Source of the DNA: Octopus sinensis
Lineage: Eukaryota
Direction: 5' to 3'
Assembly (NCBI RefSeq): GCF_006345805.1
Contig: NC_043011.1
Location: forward strand, 56,990,464 to 57,054,463
DNA: 64,000 nt
Under the pieces are notes generated by a model. It was not told the DNA's origin, searched no databases, and was given only the letters and a program-made list of their open reading frames with translations. Below, in pieces: positions 38,601 through 51,737 of this stretch (position 1 is its first letter; each line of letters opens with the position of its first letter). Made by a program: the position numbers and the translations under genes.

Positions 38601-41600
38601 CAACAACTACCTGTTCCTCCTCCCCTTCCCCCTCTCAATGACAAGAACACATGTTTGCAAACAGATACGGTTGTCACTTACAGCAATCAGTTAGTCTCCA
38701 GCCATATGTCTTCTGCTTCTTCATCACAGACTATCTTAACTGAAAACAAACCAATTGACTCGACCATCACCTTTCCTGTTGTCCAATCTAACCAGGTGGG
38801 TGCGGATAATTCTGATTCACTGATCATAGATTTCAACCCCCCTTCTAACGAACACTTGCTCAAAGCTCACTCGGACAAACCCTCGAATAACCGCAAACGG
38901 AAAGCCAGCGATAAACCGGTTTGCAACAATTCCAAAAAGAAAACCCAGGTAAACAAACTTGCTGCTGATTTGGCAGAAAAAATTGAAGCGAATGTTTCTT
39001 TGATCTCTGCGGGTCAAGACTGGTCAGACATATTAAGTAATTCTTCAGATACGCTGAACAATTCTGTGAGCAGCAGTGCCATTGTAGAATCTGTTCAAAG
39101 CCCTGACATATCGAGTGTAGAAAAGGATGCTTTGTTGGACAGTACTCCGCAAATGGTCAACCTTGGATTGTCCAGCCCTGGATCGAGTCAATGGCTCTCA
39201 ACCAGCAAGATGAGTTCCCATGCCCAGACCATGTCCACTGGCATTAGTGGTAAAACAGCAAATCTTTCTATAAAGCTGCTCCAGAGGCAGTCATCGCAGC
39301 AAGCTGATAAGCATATTACCGATACTCTGAATATCAACCCGTGTCTGGCCAAAGATGCTGTATCTACTATTAGTCATCATCTGGATGCTGTTAGCAGTGA
39401 TACTAACAATCAGTTATCTGCACAAGGTGTTTCTTATGCAGAGTTATCTCCCCACCAGGTGGCTTCAGAACTTGCTGCTTTCAAGCGATCTGCCTCTGAT
39501 TCTCTCCCTTCCTTCTTACAATCCGTTGAGCAAAATTCCCCCTCAAATAATCTTGGAGATAAAACGGCCAACAAAAGCAGTGCCAAGAGAAAAATGTCTT
39601 CAGATTCTAGTTTACTTCAAAAACATCTCACTGACATATCCCTCCGGCAACAGACACTGCAAGAACATCAGCAACGTATCAAACAAGTGAAGTCAAGCTT
39701 TTTGTCCGACATCTTACAGTCTTCTGGTAGCGAAGGGAAAAAGGATTTTATTGAAGATGAGCTGCCATCTGATGTTGCTGACTTCATTACCGAATCGATG
39801 ACATGTAACAGTCAAAACAACTCTGTATTTCCAACGAGTGGCGCTAACGAACAGCCATTTCCTGATCTTAAGCATGATGTGGAAGATTTATTGAACCAAA
39901 CCAACACGTCCATTCCTTCTGAAGGGCCTGGGTCTGTAACTGTTACCACAGCTCTTAGTACTAATGAGTTTGTCTCTGAAGTTAACTTCAAAGGTGCTAC
40001 AACATCCATTTCACTGTTAAGTGAAGGCAACCATAAAATTAATGTTCATAACAACAACAACAACAGCAACAGTGATGCCTCTAATAACTCAACAATTAAC
40101 CGTCCAATCGGGGATCTTCTCCTCAAAAAAAAAAACACATTTGTGATCCCTGATGCACAAGCTGTAGTTCGGAAAGGGACCGAAGTAAAGCAAACTCGGT
40201 TCCCTGCAGTTGCACTCCTTCACCACAATCAACAACAACAACAACAACAGCAGCAGCAGCAGCAGTTACTGCAGCAACCACAACATGTTTCTTCTGTGCA
40301 ACCTACATCTTTATGTGACATGGCAGCTTTCCAAGTGTCTTCTTCTCAGGCACCAGAATTTGTGGCTCCTAATGTTACTATAACGCAAAGGTGGCACACT
40401 ATGAACTATGACAAAACTGGTTCTCACACCCCAGTGTCAGATAGTGGCTACAGCAGTGCAAGCCCTATACACAGTACTCCACCTGCTGTCTCGAATTCTT
40501 CATCAACTACAACTGACCCTTTGCTTAACAATATTATTACTGGTTTTGAATCTCGATCGTCGAGTTGTGAACCACCAACTCAAAGCCCTGTCACAGACCA
40601 ACTTCTTCAACATTATACACCACTCATTCTTTCTCAGGGCTCAAACGGAAGCTCGGTGCCCAGTCCGACAAATCTCCCACCCTCCCCAAAAACCTTTACT
40701 CCCATCCATGGAAGCTCATTAGGTACTAATACTTATGACCCACCCCCCATTCGTCCTACGGCCACTGTAGCCAGTAAAATTCTATCTCACCAATTACATT
40801 CTGTGACTGGCTCTTCAGCTTCCAAAGTTCAAGCCCCAGGGAGTAGTTCTCAGCAGCCAAATAAATTAAATAAAGAAAACAACAAAGAACTGCTGAATCT
40901 GTTGAAAGCCAAGAATCCCCCTTCCTACGAAAATGCCATTCGAATGCTAAATCAGAAAGCAGCACAAGGAATCGGCTCCTCGTATCAAAACCAAAGTCAT
41001 AGCAGCTTATCCGGAACCAACGCTAGCCATGCGGAACAACAACAGCAGACAGCAGCAATAACTACAACAACATCGACAGCAACAACAACAACTACTGTAA
41101 CACCAACATCAATAGTGGCTGCAACAATGCCGAAAGCAAGAACGAAAACTCGCTCCAAATCCGTATCAAACAGTAACTCTGGCAAGAGCAGAACCAGCCG
41201 AAGGCGTTCGACAAAAGATAGCAACCCAAGCAACAGTGTGGAGTCAGCGAAAAAGGCAAGTGCACCTCATTTAGTGAGATGCTTGTCTGATAACAGTGGT
41301 ACCATGTCTAGCACAAATGAGACACAAGTTGAGGAGAACTTGAATGCAAAACCATCAGAAACAGAGTTGAAATCTTCAGGATCTGAGAACCATGAAGCTG
41401 GAAGTAAAGAACCTTTGGTAATGAAAAAGAGATTAGCTGTGTCAGCAGCATATCCTTTCTCTTATAAACTATCTCTATTGAAAGATCGCAGTGCGGTTGT
41501 CATACCAGTAGCTGCTGGGGACCATCCGACCGTCTCAGTAGAACATCCGGCCACCACCACTCAGGCCGAATTCACTAAAATACCGTCGGTCAAGACAGCA

Positions 41601-42644
41601 AAAAGCAAAAACGAAGAAAGATTAAGCATCAGTCGGTCAAGCAAGTCTGGCCAAATCATCAAAAACTCTAAGTCCATCTCTCGCAGCCAGTCTGTACCAT
41701 TACAGAACGTAGATGCTGGCAAACCGAAACAAGGTGGAACCCACAAAAAGAAATCAACCCACATTTCAGATCTACCAAATGTTAATTATATGGGAAACGC
41801 TCCAAATGTAGATTTGAGTCGGGTATTTTGGGAGAAAGTCCAGCCGACACAGAAGCCTAAAGCTCACAGAAAATGTGTATCAACCAATAGTGAAAGTGGT
41901 AGCAGTAATAGTGAGAGCAGTAGTAGTAGTAGTGGTGGTGGTACTGGCGCCACAAGTGGTGCTGGTGGTAGTGGTGGTAGCAGCACTGGGAAAGGAGGCA
42001 GTATCAGTGGTATGAATGAGAGCAACAACTGCAGTGAGGACAGTAGCAACTTGTTGATGAACGTAAGCACATCTAATAACTTCATAGGTAAAGGGAGCCA
42101 GATCCTCGAGACGGGTTCAACGGAAATAAACGCTGAAGATTTCCGAGCTAACCTCGACGTACTGTTGAACATGCATTGCTTCCGGAGGGACTTCGAGCAA
42201 GGCGGTTCCCTATCGTTGGTCAGTGCAGACAGCCCTGTCACAGACCAACAACAACAGCCCCTGATCGTATCATCTCAGGTTGCCCTTCAACTTGCTGGTT
42301 CAGTGTCGACTGTTATTACTACCACAACTACTACTGCTGCTGCTGCTACTACAACTGCTGCTGCTGCTTCTACTGCTACGACGACTAGTCCTACCGCTTC
42401 TAGTAACAACAACAACAACGGCAGCGGTAGCAGCAGCAGCAGCGACAGTGGCAGCAACGCTATCACTCATAGTACAGTTTCTACGACCAATTCTCCCAGC
42501 ACCATCACTACCACCACCACCACCACCACCACCAACAGTAACAGGAACACTACTATCTTGGAAGAACGACTCAGTTCTGGTGCTTACCAAGATAGGATGT
42601 TACAGTCTCAAACAGTAGCGTACTCTCCACACTCTATGCAGTAA
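35656..42644 (+). CDS. RFX7: RFX7-like giant terminal coding exon (S/T/Q/P/N-rich, probably disordered C-terminus)
   Basis: 6989-nt open frame after a (CT)n tract and tttAG. Phase 1 is compatible with the upstream donor; TAA stop at 42642-42644. The six exons total 7617 nt, i.e. 2538 aa plus stop. Confidence 0.9.
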
Positions 42645-42897
42645 ATTAAACGTTTAAAACAATCATACGACATAAACACAGTTTTTCAACCGGACCCCCG
42701 CCCCCCCAACAACCCCCACCCTCCCCACCCGCAACAAAATAATAATAATAATAATAATAACGATAATAATAATAATCCTGATAACGAGTCCCTGGTCCTT
42801 TCCTTTTCTTTCTTTAAAAAAAAAAAACTGATGTATAAACTCAATATCTCTCCCATTTGTTTCATTCTTTCAACCACAAACACACAAACATTGTGTG

Positions 42898-43057
42898 TAT
42901 GTATATACATGTGTATGTACATATATATATATATATATGTGTGTGTGTGGCTGTGTGTTTATATGTATATATTTATTTATATGTATATGTGTGCGCATTT
43001 ATACATGTATGTGTATATATACACGTGTGTATCTTTGTATATATACATATGTATTTA

Positions 43058-43098
<41 letters not shown>

Positions 43099-43239
43099 TA
43101 TATATATGTATATATATATGTATATATAACTATACACACACCCACACCAAATTTTATTTTTGCTTTCCAGTACACATGGTTAGATGGATATGTTACAGTC
43201 ATATATTTTCCATAGTACCCATAGAGCTATGTGCAAAAA

Positions 43240-43274
<35 letters not shown>

Positions 43275-43379
43275 TCTGATTTATACACTTGATTAGGTAC
43301 ATGTGTATATGTGTGTACATATATGCACATATATATATATATGCACACTTACACACACCACACTGTCTCTCTCTCTCTT

Positions 43380-43429
<50 letters not shown>

Positions 43430-43470
43430 TATGTATATATGTATATATATGTATATGTATATATATATAT

Positions 43471-43544
<74 letters not shown>

Positions 43545-43600
43545 GTATATATTATATATGTATATATATATATGTATATATATATATGTATATATATATG

Positions 43601-43638
<38 letters not shown>

Positions 43639-43641
43639 ATG

Positions 43642-43677
<36 letters not shown>

Positions 43678-43875
43678 ATGTATATTATATATATATATGT
43701 ATATTATATATATGTATTATATATATATATATGTATATATTATATATGTATATATATGTATATATATATATGTATATATACGTATATATATATGTATATA
43801 TACGTATATATATGTGTATATATATATAGTATATATATGTATATATACGTATATATATATGTATATATAGTATAT

Positions 43876-43954
<79 letters not shown>

Positions 43955-44015
43955 ATGTATCTATGTATACATATTTTTATACACATGTATGCATATGTGT
44001 ATATATATATATATG
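42898..44015. repeat. (TA)n/(TG)n low-complexity tract just 3' of the RFX7-like stop codon
   Basis: Alternating purine-pyrimidine runs; about 630 bp of nearly pure TA from 43380 to 44015. Confidence 0.97.
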
Positions 44016-45405
44016 TAAATAAATGCAATTACACATGTATAAGCATATACATAGATATGTGCAAACACACACATTTACACGTCTGTGTTTCTTTTTCTTT
44101 TTTTTTTTTTTGTTTTTGGTGGGGGATATCTTTTCTTTTTCGATAAAATTACTGCTGAATTACAATTTCTAAAATAACACACATACATATACACACACAC
44201 ACATATGTATGCATATATATATATAAATACACATATATATATATATATGAAAAGATGAAAGAAATAGCAAAAAGAAAGAAAAGTGAACTGAAACCCAAAA
44301 GAAATTCCAAAGGACTAAAGAAAAGAAAAAAAGAAAAAAGAAAGAGCTCATCCCTCCTTTATTTGTTGTGTAAAAAAAAAGATAAAAGAAAAGAAAAGAA
44401 AAAAAACGGTCAACGATGAAATCTAGAATATATTGCAGCAACAGTGTGTATTGAACCTGCAATTGCTAAATAGTGACTGCTTCATTCTGTGGTTTGTACG
44501 TGCTTCCTTGTGCAGTCGCTAATTTTTTTTTTTTTATTTAAATTAACTCTTCTCTTTTTTTTCTTCCCCAAATGCAAATAATAAATACTACTCTGATTAT
44601 TATTAATACTACTACTTCTACTACTACTACTACTACTATTACTATTATTATAAGCAAAGTGTCCCAGAGTCCTCCCTCCTTCACCTTCCTTCCCATCCTC
44701 TTCCCCATCTGTTTTTTTTTTTTTTGGCTTTGTTTTTAATTATATTCTAGTCATGTTTTGGAATCTTTTTTTTTTTACCACATGGCTCTTGTTTTGTTTT
44801 TTAATTTTCATTTTAATCTTTTATTTTTTTTTTGTGTTTTTATTTTTGGAAACTTTACTTTTCTTTTAGCTCTCCCCCGCCCCCCACAAACACCACCACT
44901 TTTTCCTGCCTCACCCCCCACTCTGTCCCCTAACACTACCTGTCCACCCTTCCCAAATCTCAGCAATCAATCTTTTCCTTCGGCTTCTAGAAAAATGTTT
45001 CTCATTTCTGTCTGAAAAAAAAACAAAAAAACTGTGATAACTTTTTATCTTTTAAAAAGAAGAAGAAACAAAGAAAAGAAACCTTAAACTTTTTCTAGCC
45101 AACTTCGACCAACTTTGAAAATCTCTGGAAGAAGAAGAAGAAGAAGAAACAACCCCAAAATATGAATAACAAAAAACACCACCCCTTCTTTGCTACTGCT
45201 GATGATAATATTGATGACGATGACGATGATGATGATGATGGAGACATGAAATGTTTGTATTTTTTGTGTGTGTTTTTTTTCCTCTCGACAAACCACAACA
45301 AAACTCATCGATGGTGTATATTACTTTATTTTTTGTTACGTTTAATTTTTGTGTTTTTTTTTTTATGATATTTGTTTCGAAGAAATAATAACAATAATAA
45401 TGATG

Positions 45406-45437
<32 letters not shown>

Positions 45438-45582
45438 TAGCATTTATTTATTTATGCAAAAATTCAGATCCCTTTGAAAGAAAGTTCAACTTTGCCTTCC
45501 ATCTCTCTCTCTCTCCCTTTCTGTTTTTTTTTTTTTTTTTTTATATTATATTTTTGCAAGGAAATTATTGATATTCTTAAAG

Positions 45583-45982
45583 ATGGCAAACTTACGGAAT
45601 CATTGGGATGCCGGACAAGATGCTTGCAAGCATTTCAACCAGCTTCACATCCCAGGTTCAAATTCCACCGAGGTCGACTTTACCTTTTCTTCTTTCAGGG
45701 TCGATGAAATTAGTACCAGTTCCGTATTGGGGTCAATGTAATCGACTTCTCCCTTCTGCTAAAATGGCTGACCCCCAGCAGTTTTAGCAAAGGCGGGGTT
45801 TAAGTCGATTACATTGACCCCCCCCCCACCTACTGTTCCGTTGGGAGTTTATTTTATTGACCCAGAAAGGGGACAAAAGGCAAAGTCCAACTCAGCAGAA
45901 TTTGAACTCAGAACGCAAGCCTGGAGAAAATGCCTCTAAGCATTTTGTTTGACGCGCGAATGATTCTGGCTGCTAGCCACCC
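45583..45982. mobile_element. Tail-to-tail inverted pair of SINE family A copies
   Basis: Plus copy about 45583-45775 and minus copy about 45776-45982. Exact 20-nt complement GGGGTCAATGTAATCGACTT / AAGTCGATTACATTGACCCC. Confidence 0.8.
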
Positions 45983-45983
45983 A

Positions 45984-46015
<32 letters not shown>

Positions 46016-46126
46016 TAATAATAATAACATATATTTATTTATGCGAAAATACAGATCCCATTGGAACAAAGGCTGACTTTGACTTCCATATCACCCTGCC
46101 ACCACCACCACCACCACCACCACGGT

Positions 46127-46164
<38 letters not shown>

Positions 46165-46877
46165 AGAAAAAGAGAGACAAAGAGAGATTGATGGAATAAA
46201 TATCCCAGATACGTAGGAGAGAGGGAGAGAGACCAGGAGTCTTTTTTTTTTTTTTATATCAATCAAGTTGAAACCCACTTTCCTCCCCTCCTCAACCCCC
46301 TATCTGACCCCTTACAAATTCCTGTGGCCCTCTGTGCCAATGTGAGATATCGCTATTTATTTATTTAAGAATCCAATTTTTTTCTCTTCCCTCCCCATCC
46401 CTCCCCCTCTCCCTCATCTCATTTTATTTTTTTCTTAGTTTTTTTTTATACTTTTAAATGTGTTGCTTCTTTTTTTCTCTTTTTTTGTTTGTTTTCTTGT
46501 TTTTGATTTATTTTACTTTTTTCTGTAAATACAAGAACATTTCAATGAATTTTTACTACAGCTATTTTGTTGTGTTTTCGTTGTTTTTTTTTATGTTTTC
46601 TTTTGTCTGCTCTTATTTTCTCTGCTGCTTTACTTTTTTACTTAGGTGTTGGTATGTTTTTGGTTTTTTTTTTTACTTATCTATTTGTCATTGTTTTGTT
46701 TTTCTTCTTTTCTAACTTTTATTATTTTTTACTCAGCCTTCATCTCTTTTTTAAAACTTTGGAAAGTGCGGAAAGTGTTCCGTACCAATCTGATCATAAT
46801 TTTTAGCTGCTAACCATTCTTGTTTACAAGCTTTTGACAAAGAGAAAGAACATGGATAGAAAACTTTAAAATCTTTT

Positions 46878-46883
46878 AATAAA
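46878..46883 (+). terminator. Candidate polyadenylation signal of the RFX7-like gene
   Basis: AATAAA at the end of a long T-rich, 3'UTR-like tract. Earlier AATAAA hexamers also exist, so the choice is uncertain. Confidence 0.35.
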
Positions 46884-47870
46884 CTGTTATTTCACAGTTA
46901 CATTTGGCATTTCATTCCTTCTGTTAACCATTCCGCCAAGGGACCACCCATCACAGCCATAAGGATCAATGACTACATCTCTCCAAAACAAAGATGGAGA
47001 TTATCAGTTGAATTGAATCTGAAGACATCATGGACTACAAATATATTCATGGTCTTGGCTTATGGCCAGAAATTCCCACAAAATGTCTTCTTTGATCAAC
47101 TGTCTCTGAACTCACTTTGCCTTTTGGAACCAACCTGGAAACTCAAGAACCATAAGAGAAGCAAGAGGGGAGGTAACTGACTCTATCCACTTCACTAAAC
47201 TTGTCCCTTGAGCCAATGTTACAAAAGTGTAGAGTCAAATGGAGACTCTCCAACGACAACAACAGCCTCTCTTAATTGAGAAATATCACAGGTGTTGGGC
47301 ATGGGTGTGTAGTTAAGAAGCTTGATTAGCAAGCACATGGTTTCAGGTTCAATCTCACTGTGTGCCACTTTGGATGTTTTTCTATAATGGCTCCATGCTG
47401 ACCAATGTCTTGCTTGTGAGTGAATTTCCTAGACGGAAACTGTGTGGAAGTTTGTCATACATGTGCGTTGTGTTTGTCTCCCACCACCACTTCACAACCG
47501 GTGTTGGTTTGTTTACATCTTCAGAATTTTGCAGTTGGGCAAAAAAGACCAATAGAACAAATACCAGATTTTAAAATGAAACCAGTAAGTACCGGGGGTC
47601 GATTTATTCAATGGGACCCTCAGAGGTTGTACTCCAGTATGGCCACAGTCCAGTGAGTGAAATAAGTAAAAAAAAAATCATTCATCATCATTTGTTGTCA
47701 TCATTATTTTATGTTTTCTGTTCCATCTTGGCAACTGTTGGCCAGGTTTCATGGCCAGGCACCCTTCCAGTCACCGGCCGCTTTAGGAATCCAGTCTCCC
47801 GATTCTAAAGCCAAGACATACCAGCAACTTTGACTTCACACGAAGAAGCATCTCCATTGTTACACACTTT

Positions 47871-47908
<38 letters not shown>

Positions 47909-48215
47909 TCCCACTTTACTCTCCCTCTCTCTCTCTTTCTCTCTCTCTCTTTCTCTCTCCCCCTCTCCCTCTCCTTCAACATTTGATGCACAAACACAGA
48001 AATCTTTTATTCTTTTACTTGTTTCAGTCATTAGACTGTGGCCATGCTGGGGTAGCACTTTGAAGGATTTTTAGTCAAATGAATCGACCCCAGGACTTAT
48101 TTTTGATAAAGCCTGCTACTTATTCTATCGTTCTCTTTTGCCGAACCACTAAGTTACAGAGACGTAAGCACACCAACACCATATATACATACATAAATAT
48201 ATAGACATACACACA

Positions 48216-48257
<42 letters not shown>

Positions 48258-49844
48258 ATGGTCATTACGTGTTTCTCTTTATTGTGGTACATTTGACTTA
48301 CAGCTGTTTCCATTTGTCATTATAGGTTCACTCAATTGGCCCATTGATCGGTTGAGAAGAATCAAACAACCTAGAAAATTAGTGTGTGTGTGTGTGTGTG
48401 TGTGCATGTCTCCCACCACTACTTAACAATTGGTGTTGGTTTGTTTATGTCCTTTTAACTTGGCGGGTTGGCAAATGAGACTGATAGATTAAGTACCAGG
48501 CTTAAAGTACCAGACATGCCGATTGCTAAATGAAGACGGAACTTGTGAAAGTGGAAGATGTGGGATGAAGTGGTGAAGGATGACCTTCAGGTGTTGCGTC
48601 TCATTCAGGAGATGACAAAGGAGATGAGAAGTTTGAGAATTTGTTCTTGTTGAGAAAACCTGTCCACTTTGCAAAAACGAGGCCTTACAAGCATGTCACC
48701 TATGCCTATAGCCCTGCACTCAATCTGTCCCTAAAGAACTGCCTCCTCTCCCATCATAAAATTCATTCTCCTATCCTCCATCCCTGCCACAATTTATTTT
48801 TCTATCAACCACCCGTCAATTACTCTTCTAACTCTACAGCAACCCACTCAGCTGCTGAGAGTGGAATGCCCCATATTTCACTCCCTATTGCTCACCCTCC
48901 TTCAAACCCCTTTTTATGCCTGCTTCTTATCATCCCCTACTTTTTATCTCAGCTGAATGCTCCTTTTACCTCCCTTTCCCCTGTACACCCCCTCATTGTT
49001 CCAGTGGTAGCCCTCCTCCTCCTCTACTACCTCTGTCCACCACCCTCACTTCCCTCTGACTTCACCCCAGCACTGTACATCTCTCTCACTTTGCTGCTAC
49101 CTATTGCCTCCCGACTTCCTCTCCAACACATACTCATCATTGATCTTGCCTCCACCCATATTAATTCCTCACTGCATCTCCCTCTATCCCCATCCATCTG
49201 CCACTCACTCACCCACCCATACCACTTCCCTTTATTCACCTTCTGGTAATTTGAGGGAATACCTAAACACGTCTGCACCACCATCCTCTCTCTCTCTCTC
49301 TCTCCAGCTGGGGTAACCACCAGGTACCTCCTCTACTGCAAGACACCTGTTTCTGTCCCTTTATTCATGATTCAACCTCTCATCACCTGGTACAAAGCCA
49401 CCTTCCCCAATATTCCTCCCTGTGCCCTCTTGAAGGGTCTTGTCATGCAGGCTACTTGGTGGCCTCACTTGTCCCTGGTTTGGTTAGGCTTGCTTCCCAA
49501 CCACTTGGCTGGGTTCAGCCTCACCATGTGGCACCTTGGCCAAGCATCATCTGTTATAGCCCCCAATCAATCAAAGCCTTGCAAGTCAGTTTAGTTACTG
49601 GAAACTGAACGAAAACCATTCTGTGTGTGTGTGTTAAGTATCTTCTTGTTTTGACATCATGTGATTGTTGTCAAATGAGTGTTACAATAACACAAGCAAT
49701 GTCCTTCCTTTCTAATCTTCCATGGAAAACATGTTTGCTCATCAGGAAATATCGCCTTGTTTGGAAGCAGGCGAGGGTTGATGACAGGAGGAGCATCCAG
49801 CTGTAGAAAATCTAACGATTTCCCTTCATAGCTGCACCACATCT

Positions 49845-50214
49845 GCAATGTTTTTCTTCAGTTCTGCAAGTTATGGGTCTCCCAGAACGTTCATCAATAT
49901 CAACATTTTTTAGGCCATCTTGGATACACCTGAACCACTCATACACTCCTCTCCATACACTTTCTGCAACTTTGTGTCCAGTCTCTGAGCAAGTATCGCC
50001 ATGACAACTTCCTCTGTCTTGGTCAATGCGACGATCACACACTACACACCTTCCTACCAAGCACTGCTGTAAACAGCAGAAGTGAGCTAGAATGTTGAAA
50101 CTTAGTGTTCATGCACAGCAGAGTCCAAGGTCAATCTTTGCTAAGCATCTTCACTCTGTGTCCTTTAGCTTCATTACTATGGCAACTGTTCAGATACTTA
50201 TTGATCAGATCTTG
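49845..50214 (-). mobile_element. Mariner-type DNA transposon, 5' remnant
   Basis: VYEWFRCIQDGLKNVDIDERSGRP resembles the mariner HTH and SGRP linker. The terminus TA|CAAGATCTGATCAATAAGT is TIR-like. Confidence 0.75.
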
Positions 50215-50245
50215 TATGTATATATGTATACATACATACATATAA

Positions 50246-50456
50246 GGGCGGCGAGCTGGCAGAAACATTAGCGCGCTGGGCGATATTTCGTCTGTCATTA
50301 TGTTCTGAATTCAAATTCTGCTGAGGTTGACTTTGCCTTTCATCCTTTCGGGGTCGATAAATTAAGTACCAGTTACGTACTGGAGTCGATCTAAACAACT
50401 TAATCCCTTTGTTTGTCTCCTCTATGTTTAGCCCCTTGTGGGCAATAAAGAAATAA
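50246..50456 (+). mobile_element. SINE family A copy
   Basis: Near-identical to 6056-6282, with a small internal deletion. Confidence 0.85.
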
Positions 50457-50730
50457 GATTCAGAGTAGATTTGCGGAGAGAGGACAAACCACTGAAGAGG
50501 TCAAGAGTAGCAACAAAAGGACTTTGATTAACAAACAACCGACTGATTGTTTTATCATTAAACATTAAACAAATGATCGATTAGTCAGTTATATATTTAA
50601 AAGTCAGATAACCAATCATAAGCATCTTGAAAAATGGAGTCACTAATTCTAGAAAACCAGAGAAACAAAAACTGTAGATAAAACAAGGATATCTCTCTAT
50701 ATATACACATATATATATATATATATATAT

Positions 50731-51380
50731 AAATTTAAAATGAGGGTGAGAAATTAGATGTTAATTTAATTAACATCGATTTCACACCAGTGGTCTAGCA
50801 TAAAAAAACCCAAAGGTTCAGTAAAATTGTATTATATATATATGTATATAAAATTTAAATAAGCAGAAAATGAAGAAATTCTTGATCAACAACAGATTGA
50901 CTACCATCGATTATTATTTTTAAATACAAAACTTTATCCCATCTAACAGCTTCCAATACCCTGCTGCACTGCCAAAAGAAATTTGCTTTGGCAGCGCTGT
51001 AGGACATTGGAAGCAGAAATGGCTGTTAGATGGGGTAAAGTTTTGAATTAAAAAATAATCGATGGTAGTCAGTTTTGTTGATCAAGAATTTCTCCATTTA
51101 CTGCTTAATTTAAATTTGATTCCTGATAAACTCTTGTCTATTTTTGTTACCGCCTGTATCCTATGAGCATAGTGGACAGCTTATATGCTAATCATAGACG
51201 TCAAATCGCCATTAAATGGCGATTGGACGTCTGATTAGCATATAGGCTGTCCACTTTTAGTGGTCAGTCCTCTAAATTTTGTATGTAACACAATTTTTAA
51301 TCTTCGAATTTTTTAAAATATGCTAAGCCACTGGTTTTAATTGATTAATATCAGTTTCTACCCTTATTTAATTATATAAA
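50731..51380. mobile_element. Foldback element in (TA)n with outer inverted arms and two internal hairpins
   Basis: Hairpins at 50851-51117 and 51171-51255. Outer inverted match between 50787-50802 and 51319-51334. Confidence 0.75.
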
Positions 51381-51701
51381 TATATATATATATATGTACA
51401 TGAGGCTGCATGGCCCAATGCCCAGGATGTTACAATCATGGTGTAGTGATCATGGGTTTGATTCCAGGACCAAGCAGTATGTTCTGTTCTTGAGCAAAAT
51501 ACTTAAATTCAGTCCACTCAGCTGTAAACAGATCACCCTGCAATAGACTGGCCCTTCCGACCAGGAGCAATGTAGGCCTGCTTGCCTAGCCAGTGGGCCG
51601 GGGGGGGGGGGTGTCATTTGAAAGCTAAAAATGATGCAAAAGTGCATTGTGACCAGTGATGTATAACAGCACCCAATTATCTAGTCAACCATATGATCAT
51701 G

Positions 51702-51737
<36 letters not shown>

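Noticed and set aside
42831-44146. Several Y/I/M/C-rich ORFs
   Set aside because: Translation of (TA)n/(TG)n repeats.
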